Shown here: piece after piece, positions 34,011-42,760 of the stretch
How the letters are laid out: each line of letters starts with the position of its first letter
Numbering within the stretch: the stretch's first letter is position 1
Assembly (NCBI GenBank): GCA_045106895.1
Contig: JBGCFM010000142.1
Coordinates: 1-42,760 of the forward strand
Length of the DNA: 42,760 nt
Source: Polyangiales bacterium
GTDB taxonomy: Bacteria; Myxococcota_A; Polyangia; Polyangiales; Houyiibacteriaceae
Reading direction: 5' to 3'
The notes under the pieces: generated by a model
Databases searched by the model: none
What the model saw: only the letters and a program-made list of their open reading frames with translations
Told to the model about the DNA's origin: nothing
Made by a program: the position numbers and the translations under genes

Positions 34011-34457
34011 ATGCGAACCTCGATTAGCTCCGTCGCGCTCTTCTCCGCCTTGGCCCTAGGCTGCGTTTCATCGCTAACGCCGAGCATCTTTCAGGTCTCG
34101 CCGGACAAAGGAAACTTGGACGTGGTTCAACGCGCCGTCATCATAAGTGGCGCCACCATCGAGATCGCCGACCCGCAGCTTGGTGTCGTTCAGACGGCTT
34201 GGGAGTCGACGGGAAGCAACACGGACGGGACGATGTGGGTGCACCGCTTCACCATCTCGGCGTCTTCCGGAGCGAGCACGACGGAGATGCGCGTCGATAT
34301 GGACCTGCGGACATGTGACCCCGGACAAGGCACCACGCGTCCCGATGGCAGTCTGGACGCGAATCTGTGTCCCCGTGTTCCTGGGGCGATTCCCCGAAGC
34401 TATCAGACGCGCCTCGACGACTTCGCGACGCTGCTTCGCGACACCCTCTCTCGCTAG
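34011..34457 (+). CDS. Hypothetical lipoprotein
   Basis: FSALALGC lipobox; D...GVVQTAW motif reminiscent of BamC-like lipoproteins. Confidence 0.72.
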   Translation: MRTSISSVALFSALALGCVSSLTPSIFQVSPDKGNLDVVQRAVIISGATIEIADPQLGVVQTAWESTGSNTDGTMWVHRFTISASSGASTTEMRVDMDLRTCDPGQGTTRPDGSLDANLCPRVPGAIPRSYQTRLDDFATLLRDTLSR

Positions 34458-34467
34458 ACAGACCCAG

Positions 34468-35523
34468 ATGTACTTCCTTCGCCACGGCCGAGTGCACTTC
34501 GCGGCAGGCGAGCGTTCCCGCGTCGTCGTTGCCGTCGATGCAGATCACGAATCCTTCGAAACGCTGTCGCTTTCCTGGGCGAAAGACCAGAGCCATGTCT
34601 TCTACCGTGGCAAGGTGGTGTCAGGTTTGGCGCCGGCGAGCCTTCGCTCTAGCTACGGTCTGATCAAGACGGAGTTGGACATCTACTTGGATGAACACCC
34701 GATGGACTTGGACCCAAGCGTGGATGTCGCTTCTTTCCGTTCTCTCGGCGGTCCTTTCTATCGTGATGACAGTTCGATCTATTGCGTCTGGTACTCTTAT
34801 GACGCCTTCTCTTGTGATCTCCTCGACGTTGATGTGGATACCTTCGAGCACGTCGCAGAGTGTTTTGGACGAGACGCGCGGGGGCTTCTGAGTCACGTCC
34901 GCCGGCAAGAAGAAGTCGACGCGCCTACGTTTGCTGTTTTCCATGAACGCTTTGCCCGCGACGACAACCATGTCTACGCGATCTACCGCGGCGACAAGCA
35001 CTCCGACTGGACCACTCTCGGCATCGTGGAGGGAGCAGACCCTGAGACCTTCGAAGTCTTCCATCCGCACTACGCGCGCGACGCGCACGCCGTGTATTTC
35101 TTCGATGACTGTGGTGGTCTCGCTGCCGCCCGTTTCCTCCTCACCGAGTGTGTTCGCGTGGAGACGGATCGTGCGGCAGATTTTGTTCCACTCCAGTCGC
35201 ACGAGACCGGCGATGTCGTTCCGGATGGATTTGACGGCACGAGCCTCTTCCTTCGCGGAAGGCGTCTCAACCTCCCCAAGGACACGTACAGCGTGTGCGT
35301 GAGGAACAGCGAAACTTGTCTTGAGTACGTGGACCTCGACCGGGTGTGCGCGATCGTCGCACCGCGCTACTCGGAGTTCTTTCCCACAGAGCGCGCGCCC
35401 GAGTGCGTGGACCCGAAGACTCTCGGCCCTGTTGGGGTGGACGGAGCGCCGGGTGCGACCGGCGTCGCGGAGAGGAAGTCTGTTCTTGTGAACGAACCCG
35501 GCGAAGACGATATTCCGTTCTGA
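34468..35523 (+). CDS. DKNYY-repeat family protein
   Basis: Repeats ADHESFETL..WAKDQSHVFY, VDVASFRSL..FYRDDSSIY, VDAPTFAVF..FARDDNHVY, ADPETFEVF..YARDAHAVY. Confidence 0.82.
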   Translation: MYFLRHGRVHFAAGERSRVVVAVDADHESFETLSLSWAKDQSHVFYRGKVVSGLAPASLRSSYGLIKTELDIYLDEHPMDLDPSVDVASFRSLGGPFYRDDSSIYCVWYSYDAFSCDLLDVDVDTFEHVAECFGRDARGLLSHVRRQEEVDAPTFAVFHERFARDDNHVYAIYRGDKHSDWTTLGIVEGADPETFEVFHPHYARDAHAVYFFDDCGGLAAARFLLTECVRVETDRAADFVPLQSHETGDVVPDGFDGTSLFLRGRRLNLPKDTYSVCVRNSETCLEYVDLDRVCAIVAPRYSEFFPTERAPECVDPKTLGPVGVDGAPGATGVAERKSVLVNEPGEDDIPF

Positions 35524-35690
35524 GACGGTACTTTGGCGAGCAGAAGAGCACGCCGCGTGGGCGCCGGCGAGCTACCGGGTTACACCGCCCGATGTACAAG
35601 CCTGCGCCACTTGAGCCCGCGGCTTAGGCTAATACCTAACATGACGAGGCCGGCGCAGAGCAGAAGCGTCGGCGGCATCTTCTCCGGCAA

Positions 35691-37967
35691 TTGCAACACC
35701 GCCTCGCTCGGGTCACGGGGGTTGTAGAGGCGCACAGCGAGCTCGTCGCAAAGGCCGGCGGCACCCCCGGACAGCCGACAGATTTTCCGCAGCTAGAACC
35801 CGACTATGCATACCTCCTCGAACACGTTGGCGACTTGGACTTCCGACAGGTTGAGGTGGTGTTGGAGATCCCGGGCTTCGACTACCCACAGCTAGACTAT
35901 CCGTCTGAGCCCGAGCTCCCGGAACTTGCGTCGTGCTGCTACTGCATCGCCACCTCCTACAGCGGAGACGACCTGCTGCAGATTTGCGCAGGCCGATACA
36001 AGGGCGCCCTGATGGCCATCGACCACGAAGTCTTGAACTGGGACGAGGTGGAGGAAAGCGAGCTATATCAAGCGTTCAAGAACGCTGGCGAATCGGAGCG
36101 AGGGGCTTGCTTCGATGCCCTTGTCGAAGAGTGGCTTGAAGAATCTGTGTCGCTGATGGACTCCCTCGCCGAGGCCATTGACGCGGCGTTTTCCTCTCAC
36201 ACGCCGGCGCATGCAAACTTCATCGCCATCCGTTCCAATGCCAAGCGAGTTTCCGAACACTTCGTCAGGCCCCTCGTCAACAGCGTAGAGAGTCGGCTCA
36301 AGGAGAAGGACCCTGAAGCGGATGCAGCGCTGAACGCTGTGCTGGGCAGTGACTTGGAGCTTGAAGACGCAGCAGCACTCTTCGAAAAGATCGCGAACAC
36401 CAGAAGCCCCTCAGACTTTCCGTTCTTTGCGATGAGGCATGATGAAGCGGTGGCGCTTGTGTGCACCTACGAGACCTACATCGAGCCGCGCATCTCGCTC
36501 CTTTGTGTATCGCCTGAAATCTACGCTTTCATCGACCGAAGTTATTCGCTTCGCGCGATCTGCTACGTCATTGATGCTTATCTTATCGCCGGCCGACAGG
36601 CCGACATCGAAGCGAGCGTCGATGCATGGCGGACCCTCGTAGCCAGCCTCCAGAAAAGCGAACGGTCGGGGTCCTCTCATGTTCTGAGTCTGCGACTCGC
36701 TGCAGTTCTTGCGAAACTTGGCCGTCACGAAGAAGCGATGGACGCCCTTGAATCGACAAACTTCGCCGGCTTCTCAAGGGATCGAGATGAGTTTCGCGCC
36801 TACGTGGAATCGCACGGCGTCTTCGAAGCGCTGCGAGGGATCGAAAGCGAGCGCGTCGCTGCATTCCTGACGCGTGAAGAGCCTGCCTACGTCGGAGCCG
36901 GTGGCGTTTGGGGCTACCACGGCAGCCATACCATCGATGACCTGCTCGACATGCCGATGTTCGTCGAGCAGCGCATCGGAATGCCTCCGGAAGGCACGTC
37001 GCCTGCCTTGGCGAGAAGCAAAGACCAGCGCGCACGCGCCGAACCGGGTCGGGCGGAGGTGTTCTTTGCGCCGCTCCCGACGGAACTGCACCCCGGGTTT
37101 CGTGAGCAAGCCTTGCTAAAGAAGCACGGGATCTTGGCCGGAATCACAGTGCACGGGTCGAGCATCTATCTAATGGGCGGTTTGGGTACGAACTTGGCTC
37201 TCGTATCCCACGACGGCGGCGACACGTTCCAAAGAATGCCTCTTTGCCAAGAGGTGAACGGCGAACTTGTTCCCATTGTGGACTTGGACGGGCAGGTCAC
37301 GGGGCTCCGCTATGCGTTCGTCGATGGAGAGACGGTGTATGTGGCGGCTCAGTTCGGCAAGCTTCTACGCTCCACCAACGGAGGCAAGTCCTTCATCGTC
37401 CATCAAATAGGCACCACGGTTCTACAGACGGTGTTCAGGGCTGATGGCCGGCTCTGGGCGACCGGAGACGGTGGCGCGCATCAGAGCATCGACGGAGGAG
37501 AGTCGTGGACGAGAGTCGAAGTCGAAGGTGAAATCGTCCGGTGCCAAGGCAACAAGGAGGAAGCCGTTCTTCCGAGCAGTGAAGGCTACCTTTACCTCTC
37601 ACGCGGTGGTGAGATTCGGAAAACGGCGCTTCGCGCGCCTGTGGAAATATGGGCAGGGTGTCGCTCGCCCCAAGGCACGCTTCTCGCCGTTGGAGCAAAA
37701 GGCGCGATCTATCGCTCGACGGACGATGGGGCATTGTTCGAGCAGGTGGACAGTGGCGTTTCTGCATCGATGCAGAACATCGCCTGTCTTGAGGGAGGTG
37801 TGGTGGTGGTCGTTGGAGCAGACACCATCCTTCGTTCCAGTGATGATGGCGCGTCGTTCCAACGGATCCCTCAGGATCACATCAAAGGATGGATCTTTGG
37901 TGCAGCCGCCTTTGGCGACCAAGTGCTTGTCGCCGGTGCAGATGGTGTCGTGCTGACCGTCGGCTGA
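35691..37967 (+). CDS. Multi-domain protein: SMI1/KNR4-like N-terminus, helical/TPR middle, C-terminal BNR (YCF48-like) beta-propeller
   Basis: Asp-box repeats SHDGGDTF, STNGGKSF, SIDGGESW, STDDGALF, SSDDGASF; PDYAYLL...IA...GD...G.LMAIDHE. True start may be ATG 35641 via a frameshift. Confidence 0.75.
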   Translation: MQHRLARVTGVVEAHSELVAKAGGTPGQPTDFPQLEPDYAYLLEHVGDLDFRQVEVVLEIPGFDYPQLDYPSEPELPELASCCYCIATSYSGDDLLQICAGRYKGALMAIDHEVLNWDEVEESELYQAFKNAGESERGACFDALVEEWLEESVSLMDSLAEAIDAAFSSHTPAHANFIAIRSNAKRVSEHFVRPLVNSVESRLKEKDPEADAALNAVLGSDLELEDAAALFEKIANTRSPSDFPFFAMRHDEAVALVCTYETYIEPRISLLCVSPEIYAFIDRSYSLRAICYVIDAYLIAGRQADIEASVDAWRTLVASLQKSERSGSSHVLSLRLAAVLAKLGRHEEAMDALESTNFAGFSRDRDEFRAYVESHGVFEALRGIESERVAAFLTREEPAYVGAGGVWGYHGSHTIDDLLDMPMFVEQRIGMPPEGTSPALARSKDQRARAEPGRAEVFFAPLPTELHPGFREQALLKKHGILAGITVHGSSIYLMGGLGTNLALVSHDGGDTFQRMPLCQEVNGELVPIVDLDGQVTGLRYAFVDGETVYVAAQFGKLLRSTNGGKSFIVHQIGTTVLQTVFRADGRLWATGDGGAHQSIDGGESWTRVEVEGEIVRCQGNKEEAVLPSSEGYLYLSRGGEIRKTALRAPVEIWAGCRSPQGTLLAVGAKGAIYRSTDDGALFEQVDSGVSASMQNIACLEGGVVVVVGADTILRSSDDGASFQRIPQDHIKGWIFGAAAFGDQVLVAGADGVVLTVG

Positions 37968-37972
37968 CCGTC

Positions 37973-40408
37973 CTAACGGACCTCGAAGCGACCGACAAAG
38001 TTGTAGATGTAGTCAGGCACGTTGGTGCCTGTGCGCCGAACACCAAAGAACTCGAACCCGGCGCTCACCGTGTAGAGCCCAACGGCCAGACGCAGCGGTC
38101 CAAAGTTCGATAGTTCTTCGCCGTCGCAGGGAAAGCGGAGCTGGATCTGGGGTGAGACTCCGAGCCGTTGCGACGACTCCGAAAGACCTAGGATGAAGCC
38201 TTCGCCTTCGTCGCAGTCCAGCGCCATTGGAAGAGCACCGTTAACAAGAACTTGTCCGCTGATGAGACGTGTGGCGACGTCGCCAGTGAAGGCGGTGTCG
38301 GCGTCGACCACAAAGACCCCCTCAAGGCGGAAGAAGGGCGGCATCTCGCTCTCTTCGTTTCCTCGGCCTTCGATCGTATAGCTGCCCGGAGATACATCGA
38401 AGGTGGTGCTAAACTCAGCTCCGCAAGCCACAAGTTCCGTTGTGATCTGACCAGTTTCAACGTTCCGCAGAGCGAGCTGACCAACACTCCCGTCGGTGCA
38501 CTCTTCCCCTGCTGGTGCACCGTCCAGGGTGAGGCTGACTTCGACGTCGAAAGTCTCTTCGCTCACGACGAAGTCGATGTCGATAGGGTCCGGCGCCTGG
38601 AGGTCGACAAGTCCGCGAGCGGAAATCGCTCCGATATCAACGCCTTCGAGGGGGAACAATGCGGTTATCTCCTCGGAGCGCGTTGGTGTCTCACATGCGC
38701 CACACGGAGTGTCCGCCGGCACGAGGTCGACAGGTCCGTAGGTGCCTCCGCCGCAGCGAACATCGATAAACTGACGCTGAATAAGGAGGCGCGCGGCGTT
38801 TTCGCCCTCCAAGCACAGCTCGTTCTCCGAAAGCGGAGAGCCGTCCACTGTGACGCGTCCTTCGTAGGTTCGTCGTGGGATATCAACATCGAAGGCGATG
38901 TCTTCGCTCACGTTTAGGGTTCCGACGAGGTGGCTGAAGTAGGGAAGCTCCGTCAGCTGTTGAAAAGCTCCCCGAACCTGCACGCTGTATTCGCCAGGCA
39001 GAACTCGAAGTGCGTAGCGAAAGTCCCCGTCGCAGGAAACCTGTCCAGCGGCAACGAAGTCGCCGCTGCGGTCGAAGAACGTGACGCGCGCAGCCTCCCG
39101 GCCTGGTGAGCACTCGTCCGTCGCTGTGGGTGTGATGCTGCCCCAGGTGATTGCGCCGCTCACCTCTACGGACTGGTCGCTCACTTCAAGCTCGAGCCCG
39201 GTCATGGGCGCGTTGACCTCAAGCTCCGGGAGCTCGACGGTGAGATTGCCCAAGTTGCTTCGTCCTCCGGAGGGCCTGACGCTGACCTCGTAGTTTCCGT
39301 GGAAGAGCCGCGTGTCGAAAGTGAAGCCCGTGCCACAGAGGACAGGGATCTCGATGGTGTCCGTGCGTGCGGAGAGTTCAATGGTCGCAGCGAGGGCGCC
39401 GGGCGTACATGAAGCGGTCTCCGTGGGCGTTTCACCCCCGATGACGAGACGGCCTGCGATCTGGGGCAGGGGGAGATTCACATCGACAACGCTCGGTCCG
39501 CCGGCGGCGACGTCGACTTCGATCTGGCCCAGAATGCCGGGAACGTTGGTGGCGCCAGCGCGGCCTTGAACGCTGACACGGTAGCGACCCGGCGAGAGAG
39601 GCGCGGGGTCACTCGTCCAGTTGGTGCCGCAGCGGATCGAGCCCGACCAAACCCCGCCGGGAAAAGGTGAGGTGTTGACGGCAGATCCGGACCCGATGGT
39701 GGATTCAGGGTTTGAGCACTCGGCATTGTCGTCGGGTGTTTCGCCATCCACAAGAAAGCGAAAGGAGATCATGTCGTAAGTGATGTCGACGACGAGGGGG
39801 TCGATGAAGGAACACACCCCAAGCTCAGAGCATGTGCTGCCCTCGGGGCACGAAGAAAGACACTCTGCGCCGCAGCGATTGGGCGTGCCAGCGCCGCCGC
39901 AGGTGAGCCATTCGGCGTCGCAGATGGGGTCAGTGCAGACGAGGGTGCCGCCGCAGGCATCTGGGATTTCGCCGCAGTTCGCTCCTTCGGCTTCACAGGT
40001 TGTCGGCAAGCAAGGGCACATGCTTGTGTCGCTCAAGGCGCAGCGGTCGCATGTGAGGGGGCCAGGCGCAAAACCCAGGCCTTCACAGGTCTCCGTGTGA
40101 AGTTCTCCATCGCAGACCTCGCCGGGATCCAAAACGCCATTGCCGCAGGTCTCGGCGCTCTCGCACATCGAGTCGTCGTAGGCGTCGCAGGCTACTGCGC
40201 ACCCAAGAGCGCCGCCACCGAAGCCAAGGGACTCGCACGTGGCGCCATCGAGGACCGTTCCATCGCAGACTTCCCCAGGGTCGAGGGCGCCGTTGCCGCA
40301 GCCCACCATGCCGTCCATCGCGATGTTCGGTCCCCCATCGAAGACAAACTCCGGATCCGAGTCGCCGCAGGCAAAAAGGGCGAGAAACAACGCAGTTTTC
40401 CGGCTCAT
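37973..40408 (-). CDS. Large lipoprotein: CGNG Cys-rich repeats + six tandem beta-sandwich repeats
   Basis: MSRKTALFLALFAC; CGNGALDPGEVCDG-type unit twice; repeated G...DG...C...C...PG.Y.V units. Confidence 0.85.
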   Translation of the reverse strand: MSRKTALFLALFACGDSDPEFVFDGGPNIAMDGMVGCGNGALDPGEVCDGTVLDGATCESLGFGGGALGCAVACDAYDDSMCESAETCGNGVLDPGEVCDGELHTETCEGLGFAPGPLTCDRCALSDTSMCPCLPTTCEAEGANCGEIPDACGGTLVCTDPICDAEWLTCGGAGTPNRCGAECLSSCPEGSTCSELGVCSFIDPLVVDITYDMISFRFLVDGETPDDNAECSNPESTIGSGSAVNTSPFPGGVWSGSIRCGTNWTSDPAPLSPGRYRVSVQGRAGATNVPGILGQIEVDVAAGGPSVVDVNLPLPQIAGRLVIGGETPTETASCTPGALAATIELSARTDTIEIPVLCGTGFTFDTRLFHGNYEVSVRPSGGRSNLGNLTVELPELEVNAPMTGLELEVSDQSVEVSGAITWGSITPTATDECSPGREAARVTFFDRSGDFVAAGQVSCDGDFRYALRVLPGEYSVQVRGAFQQLTELPYFSHLVGTLNVSEDIAFDVDIPRRTYEGRVTVDGSPLSENELCLEGENAARLLIQRQFIDVRCGGGTYGPVDLVPADTPCGACETPTRSEEITALFPLEGVDIGAISARGLVDLQAPDPIDIDFVVSEETFDVEVSLTLDGAPAGEECTDGSVGQLALRNVETGQITTELVACGAEFSTTFDVSPGSYTIEGRGNEESEMPPFFRLEGVFVVDADTAFTGDVATRLISGQVLVNGALPMALDCDEGEGFILGLSESSQRLGVSPQIQLRFPCDGEELSNFGPLRLAVGLYTVSAGFEFFGVRRTGTNVPDYIYNFVGRFEVR

Positions 40409-40474
40409 GCCTGCGTTACGAACGAGATCACCGAAGAGATCGAGATTTTCACACATTTCTCGCCTCAAGCTCAA

Positions 40475-40669
40475 GCGGCTAGGACATCCGAACGCGTAAT
40501 TGGTCTCTTTTGACAGTCATGACGTTGGGGTGGCGGCGGTGGCGATAGCGGAGGCGCGGGCTCAAACAAGAGCTGCTGCGCGTCGCCCGTCGGGGAACTT
40601 TCGTCCTTCACCAACTCTTGCGGGACCACTTCCGCGCGGTCCCGCGAGTGACCTGCAAGCGCGCCAAGG
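40475..40669 (-). mobile_element. Internally deleted IS91/ISCR-like remnant (copy 1) with oriIS-like end
   Basis: Encodes GALAGHSRDRAEVVPQE...QQLLFEPAPPL and matches 42530-42660; terminal TTCGGATGTCCTAGCCGC. Confidence 0.7.
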
Positions 40670-40869
40670 GTCGCGGGCGGCGAGTGCCTCACTAACTTCC
40701 AAGCGCCCCCAAGCTGTCGATGCTCCGGCTTGACGCACCGATTGGGTTCACCTGCGTTGTGGGTTCAACCACATGGTACAGCCAGCTCGACAAGTTCAGC
40801 GCTACCAGGTTCGAGCGCATGTGTTGATGGCTTGCGTGTCATCGGTACAGAAAGGGGCACCTCGTCATC

Positions 40870-41205
40870 GTGCTCGGAAACCTGCGCGTCGACGGAAATC
40901 TAAAGGACGACTTCCGCCGCGAGATCCTCAACTTCATCGGTGAGTACGCCATCAAGCAGAAGAAGTTCACCTACGACAGCAACGACCGACTGCGCCGAGG
41001 TCTCGAAAAGAAGCTCTTCGAAGACCAGAAGGACACCATCACCTTCTCCAGCTTCTCGTCGAAGCTCGTCGACAAGGAAACCCAAGACCAGATGGACGGT
41101 ATCAAAAGCCGTCTCATCAAGTACTACGGCTACGACGAGCAGTCGGCGTCGGATGTCCTTGCGTACGTCTCGTGCATCTTCGCCCGCGGCGATCTTCAGG
41201 ATTAG
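40870..41205 (+). pseudogene. prkA: 3' fragment of PrkA/YeaG-family serine kinase/AAA+ protein
   Basis: KDDFRREILNFIG...FTYDSNDRLRRGLEKKLFEDQKDTI...VDKETQ...IKSRLIKYYGYDEQSASDVLAYVSCIFARGD matches the PrkA C-terminus; only about 100 of the usual 630-690 aa are present. Confidence 0.85.
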
Positions 41206-41366
41206 AGCGGGATCCAGAAGAACTGTTTGGACAATTCAAGGTGAGGGATGGCCTTGGGTGGTCGCGCGAAGCGGCGGCAATGGGTTTGTGAGATGTGCTT
41301 TGTAACTGAGAGCTAACGTGAGGTAGCGTGTCTCTGAGAGGACAATCATAGCTACTACTGGGGAAG

Positions 41367-42140
41367 GTGAACGAAGTGCGCAACGAGACCGAAAAAGAGC
41401 TATTCCGAGAACTGATCGCCATGGTGGAACCGGTACTTCCGGACATTGCGTCCATGAGAGACGAGCGCAAAGAAACCGAGCCCCGATGTGCCTCACACCT
41501 CCAATCCGCCCATGGGTACCTTGGCTACATCGTGGCTTTGAAGGAGAATATGAGTGGAGGAGACAAACATGCGGAATATGCTTCGGCCGGAATAAAGTGG
41601 CTTAAGAAAGCCTCGGAGGAGCACGCCTCTGCTGGGAAGTTCGATGCCCTTGCGAAAGAAATCGGAGCTTGGAAGAAAAAGTGGTTGGCCCGCCAGCTGC
41701 CTGAAGAGGACTCCCTCACGGCGTGGTTTGGAGGGGCGATTCGCAACCTCGCCGCAGGGGAGCGGGGCATGGAGATGCGTTCAGCGTCGATGATCGAGGG
41801 CGTGGTCGAGGAATCGAAAAGCAAGTCCCTTGAAGAGTTTTTCTACGACTGCGAAAAGGGCGCCATCTTTCTCGAAGCTCCTCGAAAGACCCATCTGGCC
41901 GCGTACTGCTACGATGACCTTGGAAAGCGTCTGAGCAAAAAGCTCAACAAGGACCTAGCCGCCATCGCAGACAAAGTCGACAAGCGTGGGCCGCGCCGTA
42001 CGTATCAATTTGGAAAGATGGAGCTCACGGTCGAAACGAACACCGTCAGCCGCAGCGAGCCGCCCATCAAGAAAACTCGAGTGCAACTCGAGCTGAAGGG
42101 CGCGAAGAAATCCAACGCTCTCGACGACTTTTGGAGCTAG
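41367..42140 (+). CDS. Orphan Lys/Glu-rich hypothetical protein, lower GC than the window
   Basis: 257-aa ORF, GTG start after GGGGAAG, A-rich codons; no motif recognised. Confidence 0.7.
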   Translation: MNEVRNETEKELFRELIAMVEPVLPDIASMRDERKETEPRCASHLQSAHGYLGYIVALKENMSGGDKHAEYASAGIKWLKKASEEHASAGKFDALAKEIGAWKKKWLARQLPEEDSLTAWFGGAIRNLAAGERGMEMRSASMIEGVVEESKSKSLEEFFYDCEKGAIFLEAPRKTHLAAYCYDDLGKRLSKKLNKDLAAIADKVDKRGPRRTYQFGKMELTVETNTVSRSEPPIKKTRVQLELKGAKKSNALDDFWS

Positions 42141-42159
42141 TCACCAATTAGACACGTCG

Positions 42160-42760
42160 GCGGATAGGACATTCGAAAGGCCAATTCCGCCTTCCGGCCA
42201 CCAACCCCTCACCCTCGAACCCTCCCCAGGCCTCAAATTCCTCCCCAAGAGCTTCCGCTCAGCCCCAAAGTGGAGAATCCGCGGCTGATTGGCGCTTCAA
42301 GCGACTCTATCGGACAGCAGCGGACGAAAGGGTGGCCGGGGCTCAAGCGGCGGCGAAGTCGAGCTGTCGCAAAGCGGACGGCGGAGGTCGCGCCCGCGGG
42401 ACGGTGCCAAGGATGGCCTGAATTTCGTCCGCCTCGGTGGCGATGGACTTCACGCGCATGGCGCCTTGGCACTCCGGAGACGTCATGATGTCGATGGCGA
42501 AAACGCGCACGGATGACGTGAGGGCGGAGGCGGCGGCTCAAGCGGAGGCGCGGGCTCGAACAAGAGCTGCTGCACGTCGGCGGACGTTTTGAGGGGGCTC
42601 TCGTCCTTCGCAAACTCTTGCGGGACCACTTCTTTGCGGTCCCGCGAATGACCAGCAAGCACGGTGCCGCTGAGCAACAAGTGGTAACGCAACATGTGAA
42701 AGCGCGGCGGCGGAATGAGCGCGCAGCCGGCGGGATGTTGTCGAGTGGGTCGAGCAACAC
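42160..42760 (-). mobile_element. Degenerate IS91/ISCR-family (Y2) transposase 3' part with oriIS-like end (copy 2), continuing beyond the window
   Basis: Across frameshifts: LLDPLD / ALIPPPRFHMLRYH..VLAGHSRDRKEVVP / RVFAIDIMTSPECQGAMRVKSIA...IQAIL / RARPPP...QLDF; end motif TTCGAATGTCCTATCCGC at 42177-42160. Confidence 0.82.

Noticed and set aside
42233..42760. 175-aa ORF as an intact gene
   Set aside because: Transposase similarity switches frames several times, so this is a degraded remnant.
1..42760. CRISPR array, tRNA, rRNA, prophage or biosynthetic gene cluster
   Set aside because: I saw no regularly spaced repeats, structural RNA signatures, phage genes or PKS/NRPS domains by eye.

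Overview
High-GC bacterial chromosomal DNA whose gene content points to Myxococcota, probably Polyangiales/Sandaracinaceae-like (inference from the many Cys-rich lipoproteins, CGDG/CGNG disulfide repeats, an ECF sigma module and a membrane Ser/Thr kinase). It holds about 40 densely packed genes. Recognisable products: a GT-C membrane glycosyltransferase running off the left end, a double-lectin protein, a SulP transporter with an extra C-terminal domain, a barstar-domain fusion, a 4-gene ECF module, a kinase, CrtA-like and YndJ-like proteins, a di-haem cytochrome c, an Ntn acylase, a beta-helix lipoprotein, an inverted-domain photolyase, a radical SAM enzyme coupled to an uncharacterised 'PAAHSMD' protein, and SRPBCC, YfbM, amidohydrolase, DKNYY and SMI1-like/BNR proteins. 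At the right end, two degenerate IS91/ISCR-type remnants in direct orientation, each with an oriIS-like 18-mer, enclose a prkA 3' fragment and a lower-GC orphan gene. Four apparent single-base deletions break three genes and may be sequencing errors. I saw no rRNA, tRNA or CRISPR array. All family calls are motif recognition by eye, not database searches.
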